A stretch of 64,000 nt of DNA from the NCBI GenBank assembly GCA_027887005.1, contig JAPCJI010000008.1, positions 2,162-66,161 of the forward strand. The letters run 5' to 3'. Under the pieces are notes generated by a model, which ran no database searches, had not been told where the DNA came from, and worked only from the letters and a program-made list of their open reading frames with translations. Position 1 is the stretch's first letter, and every line of letters starts with the position of its first letter. Shown in pieces: positions 34,015 to 43,679 of this stretch. This stretch comes from Nitrososphaerota archaeon. GTDB taxonomy: Archaea; Thermoproteota; Nitrososphaeria; Nitrososphaerales; Gagatemarchaeaceae. A program made the translations under genes and the position numbers.

Positions 34015-35475
34015 TCAGCCCAGGACGTTCGGGACCGCGCCTGATGCGAAGTTTATCGCCTGCTGCGGGAAGAGCCCGATTCCGATCATCAGCCCGACCA
34101 GCACAGCGAAGACGATGACGAACCATTTCGGTTCCTTCACCCGCTCTGTGCTCTCCCCTTCGTCGATGTAAATGCGCTTGATGATCCAGGCGTAGTAGCC
34201 GAGGCTGAACGCGCTGTTGAGTATGCCCGCGACCGCGAGCCATCCGAACTGAGGGCTCGAGACGGAAAGGAAGAGGAGCAGTTTACTCCAGAAGCCGTTC
34301 AGCGGCGGGACCCCGGCGAGCCCGAGGAGGGCGATGGTCATGGTGAAGGCGGTTATCGGCATCCGCCTGGCGAGCCCGTTGTAGGCCCCGAGGTCGGCCC
34401 TCTTGAGCTGCATCAGGACCAGGCCCGCGCAGAGGAACGCGGCCCCCTTCATTATCGCGTGGTTGATGATATGGAAGATGGAGCCCGTCAGGCCGAGCGA
34501 AGCGGCCGACGAAGTGGGGTCGGCGGTGAAGGCGACGAACCCGATGAGGATGTAGCCGGCTTGGGCGATGCTCGAGTAGGCGAGGAGCCGGGTCATGCTC
34601 TTCTGCGTGAGGGCGGATACGTTGCCTACTGTCATTGTCAGCAGCGCGAGGACCGCGAAGACGTTGGCCATGGTGAAGAGCGGGCTCCTGGTCACGACGT
34701 AGAGGGTGGTCACCGCGAGGAGGACCCTGATGGCCGCGATGAACCCTGCCTTCTTGGTCGCCGCCGCGAGGAGCGTGCTGATGGGGGTGGGGGCGCCCTC
34801 GTAGGCGTCGGGAATCCACATGTGGAAGGGGACAATCGACATCTTGAAGCCGAAGCCCGCCACGAAGAGCAGGGCCGCGACTCCGCCCAGGGGGGACGCC
34901 GGATGCGAGAAGTACCACTGGGCCACGGCGGATATCTGGGTGCTGCCGGTCAGGCCGTAGGAGAGGCTGATCGCGTAGAGGATTATTGCCGATGACATGG
35001 CGCCGATGACCGCGTACTTCACTGCTGCCTCGTTAGATTGGGTCCTCTTGTCGAACCCCGCCAGGACGTAGGTGGGGAGGCTCATCAGTTCCCAGGCCAC
35101 GAAGAGCATCAGGAGGTCCGTGGAGTAGGACAGGAGGAGCATGCCGAGGGCGGTGAAGGACAGGAGACTGTAGTAGACTGGATTGAAGGACGTCCTCTGG
35201 AAGTCGAGAGAAGCGACGACCACGGCCAGGGTCACGCCCAGGGTGACCAGGGCGAAGACTCCCCCGAGTTGGTCCGGGGAGAGGAGGGACCCGAACCATG
35301 GGACAGGAGTTGGGTTGAGGGTGAAGACTGCGACCAAGAGGATGGCTGCGCCGAGGACGGCCGCAAGGATGTACCCGGAGAGATTCCAGTTCCGACCGTT
35401 GTAGAGCTGCAGGAGCGGGAGGAGGAGCGACGAGGCCCCGAGGAGCGCGACCGCGATCGTGATCAGGTCGACCAA
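34015..35475 (-). CDS. nuoN: NADH-quinone oxidoreductase subunit N
   Basis: Antiporter-like subunit with FHMWIPDAYEGAPTP, AYSSIAQAGY and PPLNGFWSK. Confidence 0.85.
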   Translation of the reverse strand: MVDLITIAVALLGASSLLLPLLQLYNGRNWNLSGYILAAVLGAAILLVAVFTLNPTPVPWFGSLLSPDQLGGVFALVTLGVTLAVVVASLDFQRTSFNPVYYSLLSFTALGMLLLSYSTDLLMLFVAWELMSLPTYVLAGFDKRTQSNEAAVKYAVIGAMSSAIILYAISLSYGLTGSTQISAVAQWYFSHPASPLGGVAALLFVAGFGFKMSIVPFHMWIPDAYEGAPTPISTLLAAATKKAGFIAAIRVLLAVTTLYVVTRSPLFTMANVFAVLALLTMTVGNVSALTQKSMTRLLAYSSIAQAGYILIGFVAFTADPTSSAASLGLTGSIFHIINHAIMKGAAFLCAGLVLMQLKRADLGAYNGLARRMPITAFTMTIALLGLAGVPPLNGFWSKLLLFLSVSSPQFGWLAVAGILNSAFSLGYYAWIIKRIYIDEGESTERVKEPKWFVIVFAVLVGLMIGIGLFPQQAINFASGAVPNVLG

Positions 35476-35476
35476 G

Positions 35477-36952
35477 CTATGCGAGCCCCCTGAGGAACTG
35501 GGCGACTGGGAGGGCGGGAGTCAGTATTAGGTATGAAGCGACGATGAGCACGACCAGAGGTATGAGGTAGACCGCGAAGGAGGCCAAGTCTCCGAGGTCC
35601 ATGTCATGGACCTCCGTCCCTTCGGGCAGGGACAGGACAGTCCGCTTGATCATCCATAGGAAGTAGCCAGCGGTTATGACCGGGACGAGGATCGAGACGG
35701 CTGTGATCGTGTAGGCGGAGATGCCGGCCGCGATGACCATGAACTCGGCCAGGAAACTTGCGAAGGGGGGAAGCCCCATGGCTGCGCCTGACGCGAGGAC
35801 GAGTATGGCGGCAGTGCGCGGCATGGTGAGACCGAGGCCCTTGAGGGAAGGGATCTCCCTGGTCCCTGCCTGATGCTGGATGTATCCCGACAGCATGAAG
35901 AGGCTCCCGACCGCGAGGGCGTGGGTGAACATCTGGAGGATGGCGCCCTGGATCCCCAGCAGGTTCCCTGATACCAGCGTTGCGTAGGCACCGAACAGGA
36001 CGAAGCCCATGTGGTTAATGCTCGTGAAGGCGATCATCTTCTTCAGGTCCTTCTGAAGGACTGCGGCCACCGCCCCGTAGAACATCGAGAAGAGGCCGAT
36101 GGCGAGGAAGGCCCAGGCATACTGGACTGACGCCTTGGGGAAGAGGCCGATGCTTATCCTGAGGAATCCGTAGCCGCCCATCTTCAGGAGCACCCCTGCG
36201 AGGAGCACGGAGATGGGGGACGGAGCTTCCACGTGCGCGTCAGGGAGCCAGGTGTGGAAGGGGACCAGGGGAAGCTTCACTGCGAAGCCGATGAAGGAGG
36301 CGAGGAGAGGCAGGTACTGCAGGCCGATGGGGATGTGCCCCGCGAGGGACGGTATGTCGAATGAGGGGACGGGCATCATCCCCAGGTAGACGTAGAGGAA
36401 GCCCAGGAGCATTATGGTGCTCCCAGCGTAGGTGAATAGGATGAACTTCATCGCCGCGTACTTGCGTCGGGGGCCTCCCCAGACTCCGATGAAGAAGAAC
36501 ATCGGGATGAGGACGACCTCCCAGAAGATGTAGAAGAGTATCAGGTTCAGGGAGGTGAAGACTCCCATGATCGCCCCCTCGAAGAGGAAGATCAGGGCGT
36601 AGTACTCGGGCTCGTGCTTGTCGATGAGCTTCCTCGAGCCGAGTATGGCGAGTAGGGTCAGCAGGGCCGAGACAAAGATCAGCGGGGAGCTGAGGCCGTC
36701 GGTGCCGAGGAAGTAGTCAAGCCCGAAGGACTTGAAGCTTATCCAGGAGTACTGCTCCTGCAGGAGGTACTGGCCGGGCGCCGGCGGGTTCGCGATGACC
36801 TGCCAGGAGATGTAGGTGGCCACGCCGAGGACGACGGCAGCGAGGCCGAGGCAGGCGTAGACCCCCCAGCGCTTGTTCATCCGTGTCAGGAGGTAGACCA
36901 GGGGGGAGGCCAGGAGCGGGAGGAAGACCAGCAGAGAGAGGACGAAGCTCAC
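35477..36952 (-). CDS. nuoM: NADH-quinone oxidoreductase subunit M
   Basis: FWEVVLIPMFFFIGVWGG, FHTWLPDAHVEAPSP...LLKMGGYG and PPFASFLAE. Confidence 0.85.
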   Translation of the reverse strand: MSFVLSLLVFLPLLASPLVYLLTRMNKRWGVYACLGLAAVVLGVATYISWQVIANPPAPGQYLLQEQYSWISFKSFGLDYFLGTDGLSSPLIFVSALLTLLAILGSRKLIDKHEPEYYALIFLFEGAIMGVFTSLNLILFYIFWEVVLIPMFFFIGVWGGPRRKYAAMKFILFTYAGSTIMLLGFLYVYLGMMPVPSFDIPSLAGHIPIGLQYLPLLASFIGFAVKLPLVPFHTWLPDAHVEAPSPISVLLAGVLLKMGGYGFLRISIGLFPKASVQYAWAFLAIGLFSMFYGAVAAVLQKDLKKMIAFTSINHMGFVLFGAYATLVSGNLLGIQGAILQMFTHALAVGSLFMLSGYIQHQAGTREIPSLKGLGLTMPRTAAILVLASGAAMGLPPFASFLAEFMVIAAGISAYTITAVSILVPVITAGYFLWMIKRTVLSLPEGTEVHDMDLGDLASFAVYLIPLVVLIVASYLILTPALPVAQFLRGLA

Positions 36953-39123
36953 GGCAGCCTACCTCCGAGTGCGAGCAGGAGGAAGGCGACCAGGATTATG
37001 ATCCCGATGGCGAAGACCTGGGCGTACTGTTCGACTATCCCCGTCTGCATCCTCCGGACGAAGCGCGAAAAGGCCTGACCGAGGGCGGAGAATCCGTTGG
37101 CCACTCCGTCTACGACCTTGACGTCGAACCAGTTGCCTGCCGTCGATAGTGACACGCCGAGCACCGACCCGGCCTGGTTGACCCTGAAGAGTCCTCTGAA
37201 GTCGAAGGTCTCGCTTAGCCAGCTGGCTGCGGCCATGGGAGCGTCCACGAAGACCTTGTAGTAGATCGCGTTGATGTACCACCTCTTGTAGAGGAAGGAG
37301 TAGAGCCCGTGCATGAAGCCCGTGGCGCCGACGAACCTGCTCGCGCTCGTCCTTCGAATGAGGTAAATGGCCGCGGCTGCGAGGAACCCAATCGCTACGA
37401 AGAGGCCGACGATGCCGGAGGCGGCCGCGTTGAAACCTGCCTGAGGCGAGGAGAGGACCTGCGAGGGGAAGAACGTCTGGACGTACGAAGTGGCCGCCGA
37501 GTCGAGGGTGGCCTCCACGTTGAACGCGGGGACGGCAAGGCCCAGGAGCGCCCCCAGCCCGATCAGCACGGTCGCGCCTGCCAGTATCCCGTAGGGGATC
37601 CACATGATTGGGCTTGGCTCATGGACGTGGTGGCCGCTCCCCTCGACCTCTTCTAGCCGCTTGCTCCTCCCCCCGAAGAATACCAACCCCAGCATCCTGA
37701 ACGAATAGAAGGCGGTGAGACCTGCTGTCAGTGCCCCAACTGCGAAGAGGGCGTACTGCCCCGCTCCCCAGGCTGCTCCCAGGACCGCGTCCTTGCTCCA
37801 AAAGCCGCTGAAGGGCGGGATGCCAGAGAGGGACGCGACTGCTATGAGGAACGCCGCGAAGGTGAGCTTCATCCTGTCCCTCATCCCACCCATGTCGCTG
37901 ATGTACTTCGAGTCTGAGGCGTGGATCAGGGCACCGGCGGCCAGGAACAGGCAGGCCTTGAAGATGGCGTGGCTCATGAGCTGGTAGAGGCCTGCTGCCA
38001 GGCCCTGGGCGAAGTCGACGGAGAGGCCCGCGACACCGACAGCGAGCATCATGTAGCCGATCTGAGACATGGTCGAGTAGGCGAGGATCTTTTTCAGCTC
38101 GAACCCAACTAGAGCCTGGCTCGCGGCCAGGACGGCGGTGAACGCGCCGATCCATGCCACCGTGAGGAAGAAGGGTTGGACCGAGGCGAGCCCGAGGGTC
38201 GGGTTCGCCAGGGCGATGAAGTAGAAGATTGGTGCTATCCTCGCGACCAGCACCACGCCGGCCTTGACCATCGTGGCGGCGTGGATGAGGGCTGACACTG
38301 GTGCGGGGCCCGCCATAGCGTCAGGGAGCCATTCGTGCAGGGGGAACTGGGCCGACTTGCCCACTGCACCGCCGAAGATCAGGAGGGCCACCGGAACGAG
38401 CAGGCCGGACCTGGACAGGCCTTCGAACCAGGAGTGCGAGTCCGAGGCGAGCTGGTAGTAGTTGAATGTCCCGGCGTAGTAGAAGAGGATCAGGATCCCC
38501 GCGAGCATCGCCACGTCGCCGACCCTGGTCATTACGAACGCCTTCATCCCTGCGTGCGACGGGGAGTAGGCCTGGTCTTCGCCCAGGGCCCTGTCTCCGG
38601 GGGTGCCGACCCAGTCCTTGGTCTCGTCCTTCCAGTAGTGCCCGATGAGGGCGTAGCTGCATAGGCCGACCATCTCCCAGCCCACGAAAAGGGAGAGGAG
38701 GTTGTCGGAAAGGACGATGAGCTGCATGCTCCCGACGAAGAGGCTGACGAAGAAGAAGTAGCGGTTGGAACCCCCGTCTTCCTTCATGTATTCGAGACTG
38801 TAGACCATGATCAGGAAGCTCACCCAGGCCACGACGTTGGTCAGTATGGCGGTGTAGGGGTCGGTCAGGACGCCGACGGTGAGGTTCAGTCCTGAAATCC
38901 ATGGCACGCTCTTCGGAATCACCGAATCGACCACGCTCAGGGCCTGTCCTTCGAGGAGGGGAAGGAGCATGCTCAGGGCGAAGGCCGCAGAGAGGAAGGA
39001 GAACGCAACCGAGACCACGTTGGCGGGCCTTCCGGCCTTTCTGAGGGCTACGGTCAGCAGCGCGCCGGCGTAGGGCAGGATGAAGATGAGCCAGACGAAG
39101 TAGGACGGGATTACGAAGGTCAC
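36949..39123 (-). CDS. nuoL: NADH-quinone oxidoreductase subunit L, unusually long (724 aa)
   Basis: LHEWLPDAMAGPAPVSALIHAATMVKAG, PPFSGFWSK and a C-terminal lateral-helix region (DVKVVDGVANG...RRMQTGIVEQY). GTGA overlaps at both ends. Confidence 0.85.
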   Translation of the reverse strand: MTFVIPSYFVWLIFILPYAGALLTVALRKAGRPANVVSVAFSFLSAAFALSMLLPLLEGQALSVVDSVIPKSVPWISGLNLTVGVLTDPYTAILTNVVAWVSFLIMVYSLEYMKEDGGSNRYFFFVSLFVGSMQLIVLSDNLLSLFVGWEMVGLCSYALIGHYWKDETKDWVGTPGDRALGEDQAYSPSHAGMKAFVMTRVGDVAMLAGILILFYYAGTFNYYQLASDSHSWFEGLSRSGLLVPVALLIFGGAVGKSAQFPLHEWLPDAMAGPAPVSALIHAATMVKAGVVLVARIAPIFYFIALANPTLGLASVQPFFLTVAWIGAFTAVLAASQALVGFELKKILAYSTMSQIGYMMLAVGVAGLSVDFAQGLAAGLYQLMSHAIFKACLFLAAGALIHASDSKYISDMGGMRDRMKLTFAAFLIAVASLSGIPPFSGFWSKDAVLGAAWGAGQYALFAVGALTAGLTAFYSFRMLGLVFFGGRSKRLEEVEGSGHHVHEPSPIMWIPYGILAGATVLIGLGALLGLAVPAFNVEATLDSAATSYVQTFFPSQVLSSPQAGFNAAASGIVGLFVAIGFLAAAAIYLIRRTSASRFVGATGFMHGLYSFLYKRWYINAIYYKVFVDAPMAAASWLSETFDFRGLFRVNQAGSVLGVSLSTAGNWFDVKVVDGVANGFSALGQAFSRFVRRMQTGIVEQYAQVFAIGIIILVAFLLLALGGRLP

Positions 39124-40634
39124 GCGTGTATCCCTCCTATGGGCAGGCTGCTGGCGAAGGCGATCAGGAACTTCGAGACCAGGTCAGGGTAGATGCCGAT
39201 GACTATGGATGCGACCACCAACGCGAGCATGGGTATCGTCATCGTCAGCGGCGCGTCCCTGACCCCTTCGAGGGTCGGCGGGAGCGAGCCGAAGAAGATC
39301 CTGCGGACCGGCCAGAATGTGTAGGCGACGGTCAGGAGGGTCGCGATGAGCCCGAGGATTGCGACCAGCAGATAGCTGGAGGAGCCGGCGGCGCCCTGGG
39401 AGAAGATGCCCGCGAACATTATCCACTCTGCCTGGAAACCGCTCGTGGGAGGGACGGCAGAGAGTATCAGGGCTCCCAGCACGAAGATGGAAGCTGTGAA
39501 CGGCATCTTCGCGGCCAGGCCGCCCATCTGTTTGACGTCTCTGAGGCCCGTCTGAGTGAGGAGTATCCCTGCCACGGCGAACATCACGAACTTCCCGAGG
39601 ATGTGGCTCGCGAAGTAGAAGACTCCCCCTGCTACACCGAGGGCAGACCAGCTGGCGATCCCCAGGATTGAGTAGGCGTTCTGGCTCATGGTCGACCAGG
39701 CGAAGATGTACTTGACGTCGGTCTGGGCGACGGTCACGGCGCCCCCGTAGAACATTGTGACGACTGCCCAGACCATCAACGGGAGGCTGAAGGTGTGGAA
39801 GGTCGAGGGCATGCCGAAGAGCAGCAGCCGCGCGATGACGTAGCTCCCAATGCCCGAGACGACAGCCATCGTTGGCGCGAAGGAGGTCGGGGGCTCTGCC
39901 TCAGTTATCGGAAGCCACATGTGCAGACCGAACACCGCCATCTTGACAAGCCAGCCCACGAGAATCAGCCCGGCGATCCAGAAAGCGATGGAGCTCGACT
40001 GGGCCAGGTGGAGGGCGCCTATCTCGAAGCTCCCTGTTGCGACGTAGGCCAGGGCGATGCCGGCGAGGAATACGAAAGCACCGAGCTGGTTCCAGATGAT
40101 GTAGATTATGCCGACCCTTTCCCTGTCGACGTAGCCGAAGAGGCTGATGATCACGAAGGTCGGTATCAGGACCGTCTCAAGAAAGAGGTAGAGCTCGATG
40201 AGGTTTGTCGAGAGGAGTATGCCGTCCAGCCCGGCGGAGACCAGCATGAAGCTGAGGTAGTAGATTCCGTAGCTCCCATGCCTGTCTTCCCCGTAGAGCG
40301 AATTGACCCGGGTCGTCATGTAGGGCATTGAATAGACTGCGGTCGCCGCCAGGACGAGGTTCACCACGATCACCAGGGGGAAGCTGAGACTGTCGGCCAG
40401 GAAGCCGAAGGTCAGGCCTGCGCTGGGGGCCCAGGTGTAGGACTCGAGGACCTGTGAGATGCTCCCCGTGAAGAGCTGTGAGGCTGCGAGCAGGAGCAGG
40501 GAAGCGGTTGTGATAAGGAGGGCGGCAAAGGCGAGCCATCCGACGTTCTTTCCGAGCTTCCCCGCCCCCAGGTAGCAGAGGGCCGCGAATACCATGGGAA
40601 GGACTACGGTCTGGAGAAGGAGGTATTGGTACAT
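39120..40634 (-). CDS. additional, divergent NuoM-like antiporter-type subunit
   Basis: Proton_antipo_M-type core: LFLETVLIPTF, LHMWLPITEAEPPT, AWSTMSQNAY and PPTSGFQAE. Located between nuoK and nuoL. Confidence 0.75.
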   Translation of the reverse strand: MYQYLLLQTVVLPMVFAALCYLGAGKLGKNVGWLAFAALLITTASLLLLAASQLFTGSISQVLESYTWAPSAGLTFGFLADSLSFPLVIVVNLVLAATAVYSMPYMTTRVNSLYGEDRHGSYGIYYLSFMLVSAGLDGILLSTNLIELYLFLETVLIPTFVIISLFGYVDRERVGIIYIIWNQLGAFVFLAGIALAYVATGSFEIGALHLAQSSSIAFWIAGLILVGWLVKMAVFGLHMWLPITEAEPPTSFAPTMAVVSGIGSYVIARLLLFGMPSTFHTFSLPLMVWAVVTMFYGGAVTVAQTDVKYIFAWSTMSQNAYSILGIASWSALGVAGGVFYFASHILGKFVMFAVAGILLTQTGLRDVKQMGGLAAKMPFTASIFVLGALILSAVPPTSGFQAEWIMFAGIFSQGAAGSSSYLLVAILGLIATLLTVAYTFWPVRRIFFGSLPPTLEGVRDAPLTMTIPMLALVVASIVIGIYPDLVSKFLIAFASSLPIGGIHA

Positions 40635-40696
40635 TGGTGGTTACACCCGAGGGCCGCTGACGATGTCGCGGAAGGATGGTTTTCTCGTTGACATTG

Positions 40697-41026
40697 TTAC
40701 CCTTCCATGGATTTCAGCTCGCTCACGTCCACGTCCTTGTGGAGCCTGTAGGCGACGACGACTATGGCGAGGATGACGGCAGCCTCCGCGGCCGCGAGGG
40801 CGATGGAGAAGAGCACGAAAGTCTGGCCGACCCCGTTGACCACGGTCGCGCCCGCAGCGGCGAACGGGGCATACTGGCTGAAGGCGATGAAGTTCAGGTT
40901 TGCGGCATTGATCATTATCTCCACTGCGAAGAGCAGGCGAAGTGCGTTCCTCTTGGTCACCAGGCCGTAGATTCCGATGCCGAAGAGCATGGCCGATACG
41001 AGGACGAAGTCCGTCAGCGAGTTCAC
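40697..41026 (-). CDS. nuoK: NADH-quinone oxidoreductase subunit K
   Basis: 109 aa with 3 TM segments. GIGIYGLVTKRNALRLLFAVEIMINA contains the conserved Glu. GTGA overlap with nuoJ. Confidence 0.85.
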   Translation of the reverse strand: MNSLTDFVLVSAMLFGIGIYGLVTKRNALRLLFAVEIMINAANLNFIAFSQYAPFAAAGATVVNGVGQTFVLFSIALAAAEAAVILAIVVVAYRLHKDVDVSELKSMEG

Positions 41027-41529
41027 TGACTCTTTTCCTCCCTGTCGACCCTGGAAAGGGTCAGGGCGCCGACGACCGAAGCAGCGAGGACGAAGGCGAG
41101 GACCTCGAGCACGGGCGCGTAGTTGGTCGAGATGAGCTGGCCTATCTGGAGGAACCCCGCGGTGTTCTGAATGCTGGTCAGCCCCGAGAGGTCGGTGGCT
41201 ACCAAGGCGAAGGCGAGCGCTATGATGACGGCCAGGCCCGTGAGGACTCCGGCCAGCTTGGTAACGGACTTGGCAGGGACCTCCTTGGCCCACTTCTCTT
41301 CCCGCACGAGCATCACGGTGAAGAGTATCAGGACGGCAATTGCTCCGATGTAGACGGCTATCTGGAAGACGGCAACATAGGGCGCGTCCAGCAGGAAGAA
41401 GAGGGTGGCTACCCCGAAGAGGCTGCCGGCCAGGCCGATTGCGCCGTAGACGATCTCTTCGGCTTCGAGGGCCACTATGGCGCTTCCGACTGTGACCACC
41501 ATCATGGCGATGAAGATCAGGTCAGCCAT
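41023..41529 (-). CDS. nuoJ: NADH-quinone oxidoreductase subunit J
   Basis: 168 aa. Hydrophobic with the typical YVAVFQIAVYIGAIAVL segment. Confidence 0.8.
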   Translation of the reverse strand: MADLIFIAMMVVTVGSAIVALEAEEIVYGAIGLAGSLFGVATLFFLLDAPYVAVFQIAVYIGAIAVLILFTVMLVREEKWAKEVPAKSVTKLAGVLTGLAVIIALAFALVATDLSGLTSIQNTAGFLQIGQLISTNYAPVLEVLAFVLAASVVGALTLSRVDREEKSQ

Positions 41530-42037
41530 GTCTGGTCGTACCTCTTTCGGTGTCGAACTCCACCCTGTACTTCCTCCCCTCCAGCTTTGGAGGGACGGCG
41601 AGCATGTCCGGAGTGTACTTCAGGCCTGCCTTGTCGTAGGCCGCAAGCTCGTATTCGTTCGTCATGTAGAGGGCATCAAACGGGCAGGCGTCCACGCAGA
41701 GTGCGCAGAAGACGCACCTCCCGTAGTCGACCGCTGGCCAGATGTCCTTCTTGTTATGGGCCTTCCCCTTCTTCACGTTCTGCATCTCTATGGCTACGGC
41801 CACTCCGTCGCAGGCTATGGCGCAGAGCTGGCAGCCGGTGCACTTGTCGAAATAGAGGATGTGCCGGCCCTTGAAGCCGGGAAGGCCCACCCCCTGCTTG
41901 GGGTCGTACTTGTACCCCGGCCCCTGGAGGTCCAGCTTCTGCTCCGGGTAGCGAAGGGTCATCCTCGGACGGGTGAGGTGCCTTAAGCCGCTCCAAGTGG
42001 CGATCAAGACGCCCTTGATGTACGAGAGGGTCCCCAT
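41522..42037 (-). CDS. nuoI: NADH-quinone oxidoreductase subunit I (2x[4Fe-4S])
   Basis: CTGCQLCAIACD and CVFCALCVDACP ferredoxin motifs. Confidence 0.9.
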   Translation of the reverse strand: MGTLSYIKGVLIATWSGLRHLTRPRMTLRYPEQKLDLQGPGYKYDPKQGVGLPGFKGRHILYFDKCTGCQLCAIACDGVAVAIEMQNVKKGKAHNKKDIWPAVDYGRCVFCALCVDACPFDALYMTNEYELAAYDKAGLKYTPDMLAVPPKLEGRKYRVEFDTERGTTRHG

Positions 42038-43207
42038 CTAGGCGATCCCCAGGGAGACAATCAGCAAGGTGAGGAAGATGTTCGCGAAGGCCAGCACCAG
42101 GAGGCGGACCCAGCCTCCCCTCAGGAGCAGGTCGATTCTCAACCTGGGCAATATGCTGCGCGGGAGCATCATGACGAGCATGACAACGGTCGTCTTCAGT
42201 ATGAACCAGACCTCTGGGGGAACGGGAGCTGGACCAAGCCATCCGCCGAGGAAGAAGGTTGTGAAGAGTCCTGCGAGTATGTACATCCGGGAGAAGTTTG
42301 CAAGCTGGAATGTCCCGAAGAGCATGCTGCTGTATTCTGTCTGCCACCCTGCGACTATCTCGCTATCGGCCTCCGGGATGTCGAAGGGGATCCGCTCGAG
42401 CTCGGCGAGCGCGCCGATGAAGAAAACAAAGGCCCCGAGGGGCTGGAGGACGATGTACCAGAGGCCGTTCTGGTGCGTGACTATCTGCATCAGGTTGAGG
42501 GATCCCGAGAGGATTACCGCGCCAAGGAGGGAGAGGACAAGAGGGATCTCGTAGGCGACCAACTGATGCAACGCCCTCACGCCGCCGAGGAAGGGGTACT
42601 TGCTGTTGCTTGCCCAGCCGGCCAGCAGGACGATCAGCGGAGAAAAGCCGAGAATTGCGAACACCAGTATCGCACCCACTGAGGGATTTGCGATGTAGGT
42701 GGTCGGGGAGAGGGGGACGAGGGCGACGAGGGCCCCTGCGACGGCCATCAGGGCGAACGGGACGGCCACGAAGGTGCCTTTGTCGACGCCGTCGGGGATG
42801 ATCATCTCCTTGAAGAGCAGCTTGAAGAAGTCGGCGACGTTCTGGAGGATTCCTTCGAACTTCCCGGCGTACATCGGACCCGTCCTGAGCTGGATCTTCG
42901 CAGTGAACTTCCTTTCTACCCAGCCCATGAAGATGGTGGAGTAGACGGCCACGAAACTGAAACCGGGAAACACGGTCAGGGCGAACAGAGTCTTGAAGGG
43001 CTCGGTGTTGATCAGGTTAAGCTGGATGGCTAGGAAGTCCAGGGGCTTGACGGTCGCCAGGGCGAAGATGTCCGTGGGGAGGCGGAGGGCGGCGAAGACA
43101 AGGTAGTAGATGGGGAGGACTATGAACACGGTAAGGAGGAGGACCCAGAAGACTACCCTGATGATTCTCTTGAGGAAGTCCTCGAAGGTTATGATGGGCT
43201 TCGACAT
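42038..43207 (-). CDS. nuoH: NADH-quinone oxidoreductase subunit H
   Basis: 389 aa with RTGPMYAGKFEGILQNVADFFK, AELERIPFDIPEADSEIVAG and EYSS motifs. Confidence 0.9.
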   Translation of the reverse strand: MSKPIITFEDFLKRIIRVVFWVLLLTVFIVLPIYYLVFAALRLPTDIFALATVKPLDFLAIQLNLINTEPFKTLFALTVFPGFSFVAVYSTIFMGWVERKFTAKIQLRTGPMYAGKFEGILQNVADFFKLLFKEMIIPDGVDKGTFVAVPFALMAVAGALVALVPLSPTTYIANPSVGAILVFAILGFSPLIVLLAGWASNSKYPFLGGVRALHQLVAYEIPLVLSLLGAVILSGSLNLMQIVTHQNGLWYIVLQPLGAFVFFIGALAELERIPFDIPEADSEIVAGWQTEYSSMLFGTFQLANFSRMYILAGLFTTFFLGGWLGPAPVPPEVWFILKTTVVMLVMMLPRSILPRLRIDLLLRGGWVRLLVLAFANIFLTLLIVSLGIA

Positions 43208-43296
43208 CTCGACTCGAGACCTTCCAATTGACGGTTCCGTCTACCCGTTATAAACGTGGGGGAATACTGAGTCTTGAGACGAGGCATGAGTTCCTG

Positions 43297-43593
43297 TCAA
43301 AGGACTTCTATGGAGCTCTCGGAGAAGCCATGTTGCATGAGCATCTTCTGGGCGGCCTCCCGGTGGTCTCCCTGAAGGATCATGATCCCGTCCTTGACTG
43401 TCCCGCCGGTGGCAAGGGCCCGTTTCATCTTGGAGCTCAGCTCGTGCATATCCTTTTCGCTCATCTTCAACCCTTCGATCACTGTGGTGGGCTTGCCAAA
43501 GCGGCGCATCTCCATCCGGATTTTTACACGGGCTTCTTCACGGTCGAGCTCGGCGAGAATATCCTGGAATCCTTCGTCTAGGTCCTTGCTCAC
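43297..43593 (-). CDS. SUI1: translation initiation factor aSUI1 (eIF1 homologue)
   Basis: 98 aa with RRFGKPTTVIEGL...LATGGTVKDGIMILQGDHRE. Confidence 0.85.
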   Translation of the reverse strand: MSKDLDEGFQDILAELDREEARVKIRMEMRRFGKPTTVIEGLKMSEKDMHELSSKMKRALATGGTVKDGIMILQGDHREAAQKMLMQHGFSESSIEVL

Positions 43594-43679
43594 GACTTAC
43601 GTTTGGCTTCGGTTTTGAGGGTCTAATTAGGCTTTGGTCATTTGCTTAAAGCCATCGCCTTCCGAACCGATGAAACCGT

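Noticed and set aside
40942-41874. 310-aa plus-strand ORF across nuoJ/nuoI
   Set aside because: It is antisense to two genes with unmistakable motifs, and its translation is dominated by Arg/Gly/Glu/Asp runs.
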